DNA of 38,975 nucleotides, taken from positions 1 through 38,975 of the IMG/VR virus record IMGVR_UViG_3300005805_000203; one strand, given 5' to 3'. Origin of the DNA: a virus. Taxonomy: Duplodnaviria > Caudoviricetes. The notes under the pieces were generated by a model. The model saw nothing but the letters and a program-made list of their open reading frames with translations. It did not search any database and was not told the DNA's origin. Made by a program: the position numbers and the translations under genes. Below are positions 18,340-27,965 of this stretch, in pieces (within the stretch, counting starts at the first letter, position 1; every line of letters starts with the position of its first letter).

Positions 18340-20256
18340 TTAACGAATCGGACATGCGCCGGTTGCACACTCACTATCGTCAAGACCAATGCTAGCCTCT
18401 TCGACTCGCGTAATGAGTTTCGTTGCATTCACCAACTCATCATACTGCTCTTTTGTAATTTCTTCAAGTGGTGCTTGTTTGAAACCATGTTCGCTATGTA
18501 ACAGGAACGACAAGCTCTTATGAGAATTTTTGTAATACTTCTTCAGATACTTCCTAATCTCAGGCAGTTCTTCCTTGCGATAATAGACGGTGCAGCTAAC
18601 GCTATTGTCGCTCCAGTTCTCTTGCAGCCACTTAATCGTTTCCAATTGATCAAGCGCCGTCATGTCCTTAGCCAACACCGCATTGTCGGGATGACGGAAC
18701 GGGAATGATACCACTACCGTGCTGTGATCTTCGCTGCCGTCAAAGTTCTGTTGATACTCGACGTGATAGCCGTGGTCGCGGCAGACTTGCACCAGAGGGT
18801 GATTGCTGCTGATGCGGATACGACGAATCATGTAGCGAGCATAGGCAGGATGACAGCCGGGAGTGACACCGGGCAACAGCGACAGCGTGCCAGAGGGCTT
18901 CACAGTCGTCAGCTTCACCGACTCAGGGAATCCGTTAGCCTCGCTGTATTGCTTGTCAAAGGCACGCAGTTCGTCATAGGCGCGACGCAGCCATCCCTTC
19001 TGTTCGTCGGTGCATTGCAGCACGCCAGTGACGCCAATGCCCATCCGCATGTTGGCATGCACAATTTCTTCCGTCGCCTTCAGGTGGCATGGCAGAGCAA
19101 GCGAATGCTTGTTGATGCGATAGAGCAGCTTTGCTACGTCAACAAACTCTTCGTATGAAGTGATGTTGGGCAGGAAAATTTCGGCAAGGCAGCACGTTTC
19201 CTTGTCAGCAAGACTCTGTTCAGCACAGGGGTTGTAGCCCTGCACCTTCGGATCGGGATAGCGGGTGTCGCCGAGCAGACCAATCTTGCGCGAAAGCTTC
19301 AGATTGATCAAGCCATAAGGCTCGCCTTTGCCTTCATATCCGTCCCAGAAAAACTCGTGAAGGTCGGTCACGTCGTTGCAGACCACGCTGTTGTTCGACA
19401 TGGCACGCCACGAAGGAATGTTGCCCATGTCCCAACGCTTAGCCAACAGATATTCGACATCGTCAGGATCACCGATGGCAATCTGTGCCGAGCGACGCAC
19501 GTTCCCGGCAACAACAACAGCGCCAATAATATTCATCATGTCGAGTGCGTCAATCGGACGAATCTTCTTGCCGACACGCTTCTCCAACACCTTGCTGATC
19601 TCGTTGATGCCCCACACCAAATCTTCAGGCCCACTGGCGGTGCCGCCAAAGCCCTTGATAGGAGCGCCTTTAGAGCGAATTAGCTGCGTAGAGTAGGTGA
19701 AGGTCTGCTTGCCGCTCTTGTGGGCAAGGAAGGCGGCTTTAAGGGTCTTGCCGAGCAGGGCAACCCAACCCTCACGGCTGTCGGGGACGATGAAGTCAGC
19801 ATCAGCCGTATCCACACGGGTGGGCGTCTTAAAGTCTTCGTTGACCGGGGGCAGCTTGTCCACATTCTCGCGCTGAATGTTGTAGCCAACGCCGCTACCG
19901 AGCATCAACAGATCCATAGCCCACGTGAACGGCTCTACGGGCTTGTCAACGACGGTGAAGGCGCAGTTTTGCAGCGACGACAAGCCGAGTCGACCAACGG
20001 TGTCAGTGCCGAGTTGCCACAGGAAGCGACCTGCTACGGTGCCTTTGAGTTGCAGCATATAGCGACGCAGACGGGCTTGTTCGTCTTCGTTGAAGTTGCA
20101 ACCGAGTTGATTATTAGAAGCGTTGATGACGCGATTGATGGTGTCTTCAAATTCTTCTGTGGGGGAACCGACGTCGTGCTCGTTCAGACGACGCGAGTAT
20201 GTGCGCTTGTAGGTGATGTAGCCGATAGTTGACCAAGGGGTGCTGATGTTTTCCAT
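18340..20256 (-). CDS. nrdJ: Class II (adenosylcobalamin-dependent, monomeric RTPR-type) ribonucleotide reductase
   Basis: YKRTYSR, LQNCAF, GNVRRSA, GYNPCAEQ, TTVKPSGT and C-terminal CATGACPIR; start placed at ATG 20256 after AAAGGA. Confidence 0.95.
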   Translation of the reverse strand: MENISTPWSTIGYITYKRTYSRRLNEHDVGSPTEEFEDTINRVINASNNQLGCNFNEDEQARLRRYMLQLKGTVAGRFLWQLGTDTVGRLGLSSLQNCAFTVVDKPVEPFTWAMDLLMLGSGVGYNIQRENVDKLPPVNEDFKTPTRVDTADADFIVPDSREGWVALLGKTLKAAFLAHKSGKQTFTYSTQLIRSKGAPIKGFGGTASGPEDLVWGINEISKVLEKRVGKKIRPIDALDMMNIIGAVVVAGNVRRSAQIAIGDPDDVEYLLAKRWDMGNIPSWRAMSNNSVVCNDVTDLHEFFWDGYEGKGEPYGLINLKLSRKIGLLGDTRYPDPKVQGYNPCAEQSLADKETCCLAEIFLPNITSYEEFVDVAKLLYRINKHSLALPCHLKATEEIVHANMRMGIGVTGVLQCTDEQKGWLRRAYDELRAFDKQYSEANGFPESVKLTTVKPSGTLSLLPGVTPGCHPAYARYMIRRIRISSNHPLVQVCRDHGYHVEYQQNFDGSEDHSTVVVSFPFRHPDNAVLAKDMTALDQLETIKWLQENWSDNSVSCTVYYRKEELPEIRKYLKKYYKNSHKSLSFLLHSEHGFKQAPLEEITKEQYDELVNATKLITRVEEASIGLDDSECATGACPIR

Positions 20257-20326
20257 ATTTTCCTTTGCTAGAGACAACAACGCCGACGCATTGGTCGGCG
20301 CTGAGGAATTGCTGTTATATCAAAAA

Positions 20327-20569
20327 TCAAAACTCGTTTTCGGTATCAACAAGCTCAACGGGTAGATTATTTGGATTATTTTTATAGTCTACAAATTGCT
20401 TGATATCATATCCATAGACGCCGCTAAGGAAATCGAGAAAGTGAGTGATCACTTCGCCCCAAACTTCATCCTCATTCATGTGAATCGTTGTATCGATTGA
20501 ACGATCATCTGATTGATATGAAAATGTATACCTCACGCGATCATCATCATTGTTCCAAAGTCTATTCAT
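20327..20569 (-). CDS. Hypothetical protein
   Basis: GGAG RBS; FLDFLSGVYGY motif. Confidence 0.65.
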   Translation of the reverse strand: MNRLWNNDDDRVRYTFSYQSDDRSIDTTIHMNEDEVWGEVITHFLDFLSGVYGYDIKQFVDYKNNPNNLPVELVDTENEF

Positions 20570-20584
20570 CGATCATCTCCAGTT

Positions 20585-21217
20585 TCATTTCGATAGCTCA
20601 ACAGTGGCTTCCATCACATTGGGGAAGTGTTTCCAAAGCTCTTCAGCACACAGCAACGCCACGTCGCGATGTTCCTTCTGTGTCTCAACGCCACAACGGA
20701 TGTCCACGTAATGCAGCCAACTACGTAACGTGCCGTTCATGTACATCTTACTCGTTGTCAAGCCTTCTGGCAACACCTTTCGAGCGACTTCTTTAGCAAT
20801 GCCATTGTTTAGCGCGTTTTCGTAAGCAGTCTTTGCTGCTTTAATCACAGCGTGTTGCTGTTCGTTCCAGAAACGAAGAAGCTCGCGATCCTCAACAGGC
20901 AAGCTGTTCTGACGGTTCTTCTCGTCTTGTAGCCGAGCATCTGTGAATTCATAGCCGTCAGCAACAGCATAGCGCTGACTGAATTCTTGGAAGCTGAAGC
21001 TGCGATGGCGCAAGATCTGTCGGGCAATATCGCGAGTGCATTCGATCTCCATGCAGACATTCACCATTTCGAAAGGTGACCAGTGCTTATGCTTAATCAG
21101 ATATTTGATAAGCGGCACATACTTTTCGTTGGCTTGATTTGCAGGATTGGACACTCGCGCCATATACGCGATCATGCGCTCTGCGTCAGGCGTTGTCCAG
21201 ACTGTCGTTACTTTCAT
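20585..21217 (-). CDS. thyX: FAD-dependent thymidylate synthase
   Basis: HWSPFE, RQILRHRSFSFQEFSQRY (RHRx7S), LRSWLHY, QKEHR. Confidence 0.97.
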   Translation of the reverse strand: MKVTTVWTTPDAERMIAYMARVSNPANQANEKYVPLIKYLIKHKHWSPFEMVNVCMEIECTRDIARQILRHRSFSFQEFSQRYAVADGYEFTDARLQDEKNRQNSLPVEDRELLRFWNEQQHAVIKAAKTAYENALNNGIAKEVARKVLPEGLTTSKMYMNGTLRSWLHYVDIRCGVETQKEHRDVALLCAEELWKHFPNVMEATVELSK

Positions 21218-21374
21218 TGGGTTCCTTAACTTGAAGTTTTCTACCCTCTTCGATGCCGCGCTTTAGACCTTCGATAATTGCCCAACGCATCAGCGACTGA
21301 CGCTCTTCATCAGTCATTTCAAAAGTATAGTCTGCACTACCATCTTCGTTTTCACGAATCAGTTTAACTTCCAT
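21186..21374 (-). CDS. Hypothetical protein
   Basis: ENEDGSA motif seen in small phage proteins; GAGG RBS. Confidence 0.65.
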   Translation of the reverse strand: MEVKLIRENEDGSADYTFEMTDEERQSLMRWAIIEGLKRGIEEGRKLQVKEPNESNDSLDNA

Positions 21375-21377
21375 GAT

Positions 21378-21659
21378 TTATTTGTCCTCATCGTCAAAAT
21401 CAAACTCAATCTCATCAAGATCGTTATCATTTTCATTGTCAATTGTTGTAAACAATTCATTGACAAATTCTTCATACCCTTTAGGAGCGCTGAAATATTC
21501 AATTACAGTCAATAGAGCAGGGAAGATTTTTGCATTAAATTCCCTGTCCTGCGGATGCAACTGCCACTTAGATTCGCGAGCACAAGTGTAAGCACTTTTC
21601 TTCAGATGTTCAAGAAGCAACTTGTCGAGAGATTCTTCATCAAGATTTATTGACGGCAT
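21378..21659 (-). CDS. Hypothetical protein with acidic tail
   Basis: ORF coupled to the HNH gene. Confidence 0.6.
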   Translation of the reverse strand: MPSINLDEESLDKLLLEHLKKSAYTCARESKWQLHPQDREFNAKIFPALLTVIEYFSAPKGYEEFVNELFTTIDNENDNDLDEIEFDFDDEDK

Positions 21660-22041
21660 TTTTACGTTCCTTTCTTTCGGTGTCAGTCTTTGTCTTATGG
21701 CATTGCTTGCACAACACCTGAAGACCCTCTGCTTCTACGAACATGCGATTGACATAGTCGTCCCATGACGTGAAGCCCTTCATTGTATCCACAACTGGAT
21801 CGATGTGATCAACAACCACGTCAGCAGCAGGGAAATTTGCCTTACATTCGTTGCATTTGTAATGCTGAGCAAGCTTTCCCGTTTTCGCATTTACAGTTTT
21901 GCCAACCAATGCCGCCTTCAACACTGACCACTTGACAGGCCACCGTCGAGAAGCAGCACGCAGTGCGCTGATAACAAAGCTGCGAAAGCGTGCTTCTGTC
22001 CATTGTCCGCCATTGCGAGACTTAGAAGGGTGGTTCCTCAT
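21640..22041 (-). CDS. HNH endonuclease
   Basis: CNEC...VDHIDP...LQVLCKQCHKTKT. Confidence 0.88.
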   Translation of the reverse strand: MRNHPSKSRNGGQWTEARFRSFVISALRAASRRWPVKWSVLKAALVGKTVNAKTGKLAQHYKCNECKANFPAADVVVDHIDPVVDTMKGFTSWDDYVNRMFVEAEGLQVLCKQCHKTKTDTERKERKNAVNKS

Positions 22042-22369
22042 TCAAATTAGTTTCAAGAATAAACATCAGGCTGCACATTGCGTGTGCAAGATGATGTAGT
22101 CCCGATTCGGGATCGTGTGTTTCTCCACGTCGAAACGCCCAGATATGACGCTGTGCTGCATCGAAGTAGCGATTCTCAAGATCGGGCACAAGCTTCCAGT
22201 TATCGACACTGTACTTCTTTGCTCCGTACGTTAGCACCTTCACCATCTCTTCAAGAGATGTAGGCTTTAGCAATCCGTATCGGGGTTTTTCGTTGTCGAA
22301 CTTTCTTCCAATTTCTTTTTCTTGCGTTTCTTTGATGTAGTCGCCAATCGTAAATGTGGTGGTTTCCAC
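22022..22369 (-). CDS. dATP/dGTP diphosphohydrolase N-terminal domain protein (former DUF5664)
   Basis: GRKFDNEKPRYGLL, GAKKYSVDNW, DPESGLHHLAHA. Confidence 0.85.
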   Translation of the reverse strand: METTTFTIGDYIKETQEKEIGRKFDNEKPRYGLLKPTSLEEMVKVLTYGAKKYSVDNWKLVPDLENRYFDAAQRHIWAFRRGETHDPESGLHHLAHAMCSLMFILETNLNEEPPF

Positions 22370-23034
22370 AGTTCACCTTCCTTTCTTCGAAGATATAGGA
22401 GCTTCGCGTTTTCGATGACGCGATCTTCATTGTCGAATGCCTTAACGCAGACGTCAAACATTTCTTGCTCAGTGTTGCAGTCTTGCAACAGCGCTTCCGC
22501 ACGCTTTGGGCCTATGCCATAAACACCGACGATGTTATCTGCCGAATCACCCATCAAGATTTGCATATACAAAAACTTTATTCCATCTTCTGGTGCAACA
22601 AAGAAATGCTCATGCTTGACGAAATTGTAATGATGACCCGGCACTTGTCGAAAGTCTTTGTCAATGCTCACCATGACGCATTGATCTTGAAGCTTTGTTG
22701 CTTCAATCGCAATGGCATCGTCAGCTTCTTGACCTTCAACGATGACAGCACTCCACTGTGTCACAAGATGATCACGAACAGCAGGAAGATGTTCAGGCTT
22801 AGGCGTTGTACGATTTCCCTTATATGGCACCGTTACAGCGATGTCTTTGCGGAAATTGTTACTGCCTGTCAGGTATAGCTGCCACTTGTCGTAATACCGA
22901 TCATCGATATCACAATAGAGCAAAGCGTCAGCAACAATGCTGTCCACGGTGAACAGCGCAGCGCTGACGCTTTCTTCTTTACAAGCAGCCGCTGCCCGAT
23001 ACGCCATTACATCTGCGTCGAGCAGTGCCTTCAT
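22267..23034 (-). CDS. 5'-3' exonuclease (T7 gp6-like)
   Basis: DAD, YKGNR, EADD, DKD, GDSADNIVGVYGIGPKRA. Confidence 0.93.
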   Translation of the reverse strand: MKALLDADVMAYRAAAACKEESVSAALFTVDSIVADALLYCDIDDRYYDKWQLYLTGSNNFRKDIAVTVPYKGNRTTPKPEHLPAVRDHLVTQWSAVIVEGQEADDAIAIEATKLQDQCVMVSIDKDFRQVPGHHYNFVKHEHFFVAPEDGIKFLYMQILMGDSADNIVGVYGIGPKRAEALLQDCNTEQEMFDVCVKAFDNEDRVIENAKLLYLRRKEGELWKPPHLRLATTSKKRKKKKLEESSTTKNPDTDC

Positions 23035-23441
23035 TACAACACTTCGTCGTCGTCGATATCGGTCTTACCACCACCACCGTACTCAACCAACTCGGTGATG
23101 ACAAGCTTGCGAAGGGACGGAGACACACCCTTCTTGTTCTTGTACTTCCACTCGTAGGGATTGATGATGGCTTTGGCCTTGCTGCCATTGCCAACCTTGA
23201 CGCCGACAATCTCGTCACCGTCAGCATCGAATGCCTTGATGGGGTTTGCCGACTTGCAGGTGATGAAGCGACCCTGTCCTTCCTTCTCTGCCACGGTGAT
23301 GCCAATGTCTTCCAGAGCCTGCACAGCAGCTTCGGAGAGATTGCACAGGTTCACCTGATACTTGCCCGACATTTCATTGACCTTGTCGAGTTGTGCCCAC
23401 ATAACGTCGGCTTTAAGTTTCACAGTTTGCGTTTCCGCCAT
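23034..23441 (-). CDS. Single-stranded DNA-binding protein (T7 gp2.5-like)
   Basis: SGKYQVNL, VGNGSKA and acidic C-terminus DIDDDEVL; lies between polymerase and exonuclease. Confidence 0.75.
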   Translation of the reverse strand: MAETQTVKLKADVMWAQLDKVNEMSGKYQVNLCNLSEAAVQALEDIGITVAEKEGQGRFITCKSANPIKAFDADGDEIVGVKVGNGSKAKAIINPYEWKYKNKKGVSPSLRKLVITELVEYGGGGKTDIDDDEVL

Positions 23442-23503
23442 TTTAGTTTCCTTTCAGAGTTGCCACACAATTGACCACGGTGCAGCTTCGTGGTGAAGGA
23501 CAC

Positions 23504-23533
23504 ATTATAGATACGTCACTTCGGTTTGGTCAA
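23504..23533 (-). promoter_or_regulatory. Sigma70-type promoter for ssb, overlapping the polymerase stop codon
   Basis: TTGACC-N18-TATAAT, then a leader hairpin and CTGAAAGGAAA RBS. Confidence 0.75.
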
Positions 23534-25619
23534 CACCTTCATTCTCGGTGTTGTTTATTAGCAACTTCTTTGCTGCATCTACGTAGTAGCTATAGTCAAT
23601 GTCATTGCTAAAATCTTCCATATTGTTGCAGGTCTTCAGCAAATAATCGGTATCGATTCCGATCCGTCGAGCCTCGCCATCAGGCGTCAACGCAGGCATT
23701 ATCTTGATGAGCTTGCCTCCGTTGATGCTTGCGTAGTAGCGACAAATATTTTGCTGCTGCACTTCGGTGCCGTCTTCCTGCACCAACACAAGGCGACTGC
23801 TGCGAGGCACCTTCGTTCGCATCATGAAGTCATGAGTGCGATGGGCATTGGCACGAATGTAATATTCGATATCAGTTCCGTCAAGCATGTGGGCTTCGGC
23901 AGCTTTGGGGATGATGAGTCCACCCTGATCCTGATGCCATCCGAGTCCTTCATACTGGTACGCGCCTTTGCGTTTCGTCTTGCCGTTGGTGTAGACAGCG
24001 ATGTAGTTGTTGACGTCGCGAATAAACATCTTCGAATATTCGGCAAACTCCAACTCAAGCCCGACGTTCTCTTGCCATTGTTTGCATGCAGTGTCGTACC
24101 AACGGCGATATTTCTTTGGACATTTCACCGTGACGCCATCGGTATTGACCTGAATAATTTCTAAGCCACGAATCTTGAGCAACTGCTCAGCCAGATAGCA
24201 CAGGCTAAGCTGACCATTGATGGTGATGCTCATCGTGTACTGCGGGTCGTAGAAGGGGCTGTATTGGTTGTTGCTGTCGCCATACACGCCATTCAAAGCA
24301 AGCTTCAACATTGCGTTCTCAGCAGTGCCTTTAGCGTAGCTCTTGCGCTGATTGTAGACGTCCTCGTAGATATCACAAAACTTCTCGGACAGATGCTTCG
24401 GATAGACGCGATTGGCAATAGCAATGTTCGGATACATCGATGAGACGTCAGCGTCAATGATGATGTTGTCGTCGTCAGCTTCGACGATGGTGTTCTCTAA
24501 ACTGCCGTGGATGCCACCAGTGCCGAAGTCGAAACGAAATCCATCAACGATGACGTTGAGGTTGTCAGCTTCGTTCCAACACATCCAGTGGCTGTGCTGC
24601 GCTTCGCCTTTCTTCTTTGCCTTCAACTCCACCTTCTCCACCCATCCGAGCGGGTGTTGTTGCTTGAAGTCGTCAATGTCTTCGAATGATGGCACTCGTG
24701 GAAACTTCTTGCGCTTCGTGTAAAGCTGCGCGTATTGCGCTACATCACCGAGATCGGACTCGTCAATCTCAGAGAAGACGCCTTTTGTTTCGCTGATCTT
24801 TTGCTTTGCAAACCAATCGTATACAGCCTGAAACTCAGGACGATGAAAGTCATAATAGTCGAAGAGACATTCCTTGACATTGATGCTTTTACGCTTCGTC
24901 TGATTAATGCTGCGTCGACCCTTGTTGTCGTAGCTGTAGCAGCTACCCGGCAACTCTTCCTCAAGGCGCATGATGAAGTAGTCTTTGCCGATCTTTGTGT
25001 CGTTGTGATTGAGGAAGTTACGCCCATACTTCTGCGTCAATTCTTCACGAAACTTAATCGCGCTCTTGCTCTCGTTGTAGAAATCAAGGGTACGAATAAC
25101 GTCGTGTTTGTTGTACGACAGCAGCGTGTCGATCTGCTCGTCAGATAACTGCGTGCCGACTTCAAACGGCAAGTCTTCGATGGTGTCGCTTCGCATATTA
25201 AACTGAAGCATCTTCAACGAAGTGGCTCGTGCTTTGTTGTCGAAGTGATGGATTTTGTACAGATCAATCTGCGGCACGTGTTCATCGGCAGTGCGGATGA
25301 TGTGCTCAAACTTCTCGTCACTCCTGATGAGTTCCATTGCCTTCTTGTAGGCACGCACAGCGACAGCTTTGCCACCCACCGTGACAGCCTTCTCACGAAC
25401 ACTCAGAATATCGTGAATGACAGGATAGTCAAAGCCAATGTTATTGAAACCCACCATTCGATGCTGTTGGCTACGTAGACGATCCAGAAACGCAAACAGA
25501 TTTCCGACTTCATTTTTTCTAGAAGAGCATTCATATGTAACGATCTCAGATTTGTCGGCTGCTATTGCGATGAAGCTAAAGCAGTTTGGATATGTTTCAA
25601 TATCGTATATGTAGTCCAT
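23505..25619 (-). CDS. polB: Family B DNA polymerase with N-terminal 3'-5' exonuclease
   Basis: Exo motifs YDIET, FNNIGFD, YNKHD; PolB motifs DVSSMYP, KLALNGVYG, NTDG. Confidence 0.92.
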   Translation of the reverse strand: MDYIYDIETYPNCFSFIAIAADKSEIVTYECSSRKNEVGNLFAFLDRLRSQQHRMVGFNNIGFDYPVIHDILSVREKAVTVGGKAVAVRAYKKAMELIRSDEKFEHIIRTADEHVPQIDLYKIHHFDNKARATSLKMLQFNMRSDTIEDLPFEVGTQLSDEQIDTLLSYNKHDVIRTLDFYNESKSAIKFREELTQKYGRNFLNHNDTKIGKDYFIMRLEEELPGSCYSYDNKGRRSINQTKRKSINVKECLFDYYDFHRPEFQAVYDWFAKQKISETKGVFSEIDESDLGDVAQYAQLYTKRKKFPRVPSFEDIDDFKQQHPLGWVEKVELKAKKKGEAQHSHWMCWNEADNLNVIVDGFRFDFGTGGIHGSLENTIVEADDDNIIIDADVSSMYPNIAIANRVYPKHLSEKFCDIYEDVYNQRKSYAKGTAENAMLKLALNGVYGDSNNQYSPFYDPQYTMSITINGQLSLCYLAEQLLKIRGLEIIQVNTDGVTVKCPKKYRRWYDTACKQWQENVGLELEFAEYSKMFIRDVNNYIAVYTNGKTKRKGAYQYEGLGWHQDQGGLIIPKAAEAHMLDGTDIEYYIRANAHRTHDFMMRTKVPRSSRLVLVQEDGTEVQQQNICRYYASINGGKLIKIMPALTPDGEARRIGIDTDYLLKTCNNMEDFSNDIDYSYYVDAAKKLLINNTENEGVDQTEVTYL

Positions 25620-25637
25620 CAGATACTGCGGAAGATA

Positions 25638-25820
25638 TCAAAGAGGTTGAGAAGGAAGTTGAGGATATCTATTAACAATTCTTTCATTTAGTTTCTCCAT
25701 GATGCGTTGGCGATCTTCTTCAGAATATCTACTCCACCAAGTTATTTCCTCGACGGTGCGTTTACAAGCGATGCACATGCCGTTAACAAGTTTGCACACA
25801 CTGACACACGGTGTAATCAC
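25638..25820 (-). CDS. DUF1289 family Cys-rich protein
   Basis: TPCVSVC...CIACKRTVEEITWW. Confidence 0.85.
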   Translation of the reverse strand: MITPCVSVCKLVNGMCIACKRTVEEITWWSRYSEEDRQRIMEKLNERIVNRYPQLPSQPL

Positions 25821-27436
25821 AACACGTCATCCTCGTCGTCATCGGGCGGCGGAGTGTATTCTAGCATACGTCCTGTCTCTTTGGTATAGAGCAACGAACA
25901 CGCAGGCCCGGTCATGCCGCTGTAGCGATTCTTCAACACACGCAGGTATGTGGTGTTGCGTTTGGTCATGTCTTCTTCCTGACCGTTGCGCTCTGCACCG
26001 AGAACAATGTCGCTAAGCTGAGCGATAGATCCGCTGCCACGAAGCTGTGCAAGCGATGTAGCTGCGCCTTCCTCGTGACCACGTCCATCGGGTCGCTTCA
26101 AGTGTGACACAGCGAACAACGCGATGTTTGTTTCTTGCACCAACATGCGAAGCTTCGTCATGATCTCGTCGATGGCTTTGCGCTCGTCACCATTCTCCTG
26201 AGCGGAGACGATGATCGATATGTGATCGACGAACACATACTTGCAATTAAGCGCCTTCGCCATGTAACGAACACGATTGACAATGTTATCTACACTGGTG
26301 CTGCCGAAATGATCGAACAAGAATACACGCCCGGTGCCGAGTGTGCGTTCGAATGCATCCTTGCGTTCTTCGTCACTTGCCACCGTGTCAGGCAGATGCA
26401 AAGGCTTGTTAGCAGCAAGCGACATGACGGACAATCCCGTCTTGCGGATGCCTTCTTCAAGAAACATCAAGCCAATATTGTCTTCAGTGTTGCAAAGCAA
26501 GTGCCAAACAATTTCACGAAGCAATTGCGATTTACCCAATCCGCTTCCGGCTGTCACCGTGACAAGCTCACCGTGGCGAATGCCATATGTCAGCGCATTG
26601 AGTCCATCCCACGGGTACATGCATTGTGCCGGAGCAGGAGGAGTTGACACCAAATCCCACAAGTTATTTCCTGCGACAATGCCGTCTGGAATATAAGATT
26701 CAGCGCCCCACCAACGTTGCACGAAGATGGCTTCTTTATTTGCGGCAACATAGTCGCATGCGTCCTTCATGTCGACATCATGCTTGTATATCTTCGCTTT
26801 GCTGCCGAAGAGTTCGGCAACTTCTTTTGCTGCCTTCTTTCCCGGTTCGTCGTTGTCGAAACAGACGACGATGTTCTCGAAGCTGTTGAGCCATTCGTAT
26901 GCTGCGCGGCAGTCCTTCAACGCCCCTGTAGCACCGTTGCGGATGCTGACGCAGGGCCATTTGCTGCCGGTAGCTTGAAAGACCGCTAGCGTGTCAAATT
27001 CGCCCTCGGTGATGGTGATGTACTTACCGCCGCTGTTGAAAAGCTGTTGACCAAACAACGTCGACTTGCTCCAGTCGCCTTCAGTGGTAAATTTCTTCTC
27101 GTGTTTGTTACGTACTTTTGCGGCAACAAGCGTGCCGTTGTCGTCGTAATACGGAAAATAATAATTGGTGCTATCTGATGTTACACCGAAGCGCTCAGCC
27201 GTTGCTTTTGTAAGTCGTCGTGCGCTGACGGTAGGAGAGTCGTTGTCGTCGAAATGACTTTTAAAATTCATGTTCACTTTCTTTGCTGAAGATTTCGAAT
27301 ATTGAATGACGACATCGTCATCCGGCGGAGTGAAGTGGTTACAAGAAAAGCAGTAGCTACTGCCGTCTACATTAATAGATCGGGCATCACTACTGCCGCA
27401 TTCAACACACGAAACGTGCGTTCTTAGAAACGCCAT
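25817..27436 (-). CDS. DNA primase-helicase (T7 gp4-like)
   Basis: Zn finger CVECGSSD...CFSC, TOPRIM EGEFD and DND, Walker A AGSGLGKS, LRGSGSIAQLSD, KNRYSG, acidic tail; start placed at MAFLRTH. Confidence 0.96.
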   Translation of the reverse strand: MAFLRTHVSCVECGSSDARSINVDGSSYCFSCNHFTPPDDDVVIQYSKSSAKKVNMNFKSHFDDNDSPTVSARRLTKATAERFGVTSDSTNYYFPYYDDNGTLVAAKVRNKHEKKFTTEGDWSKSTLFGQQLFNSGGKYITITEGEFDTLAVFQATGSKWPCVSIRNGATGALKDCRAAYEWLNSFENIVVCFDNDEPGKKAAKEVAELFGSKAKIYKHDVDMKDACDYVAANKEAIFVQRWWGAESYIPDGIVAGNNLWDLVSTPPAPAQCMYPWDGLNALTYGIRHGELVTVTAGSGLGKSQLLREIVWHLLCNTEDNIGLMFLEEGIRKTGLSVMSLAANKPLHLPDTVASDEERKDAFERTLGTGRVFLFDHFGSTSVDNIVNRVRYMAKALNCKYVFVDHISIIVSAQENGDERKAIDEIMTKLRMLVQETNIALFAVSHLKRPDGRGHEEGAATSLAQLRGSGSIAQLSDIVLGAERNGQEEDMTKRNTTYLRVLKNRYSGMTGPACSLLYTKETGRMLEYTPPPDDDEDDVL

Positions 27437-27550
27437 TCTTTGCGTCCTTCTTTTTGTTTCGATGTTTTCCGGCACCGCCGCGCACAGAAGCGGGGAGTGC
27501 AACAGGGTTGCGAGGCTTCATTTTCTTTCTCCTTTGTTTCGAGAGTTTCA

Positions 27551-27856
27551 TCAGAGAACTTCTGCATCCTTCTTCATCACGAAGTTAAGGCAGCGGTGTT
27601 CATCAGGTTCACGTACCCAAAAATGTTGTTGGTCTTCCGATTCGACAATAAAAACACTGCCGATTTCTCGGTGATACCAAAACATACTATTGCTGCATTT
27701 CTTGACTACTATCTGAACGATAGAGTTGGAGCACTGGTTGTGCCAAGAATTTGTCTCCATCGGAGCAAGGCTCGTCGCTTGAACAATTCTTTTTTCGATC
27801 CAGATGTTGACATTGTCTGCAATCGACTTCACCCGTTGTTTGAACTGTCTGATCAT
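27551..27856 (-). CDS. Hypothetical protein
   Basis: Strong AAGGAGG RBS. Confidence 0.6.
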   Translation of the reverse strand: MIRQFKQRVKSIADNVNIWIEKRIVQATSLAPMETNSWHNQCSNSIVQIVVKKCSNSMFWYHREIGSVFIVESEDQQHFWVREPDEHRCLNFVMKKDAEVL

Positions 27857-27965
27857 TTCGAAGAGCCTCCTTCAATGCGTCAATGTGGAAGACACGATCA
27901 TTGCGTCGTCCGCCAAACTCTAGAAAATCTAAAACATTAATCACTACGTTTCGTAGTTCACTCAT
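27687..27965 (-). CDS. Hypothetical protein (3' part overlaps next gene)
   Basis: ATGA-coupled to the upstream small gene; 170-bp overlap makes the C-terminal part doubtful. Confidence 0.45.
   Translation of the reverse strand: MSELRNVVINVLDFLEFGGRRNDRVFHIDALKEALRNDQTVQTTGEVDCRQCQHLDRKKNCSSDEPCSDGDKFLAQPVLQLYRSDSSQEMQQ

Noticed and set aside
18340-25619. Introns or inteins in RNR, ThyX or the polymerase
   Set aside because: ORFs are continuous, of ordinary length, and lack intein splice motifs
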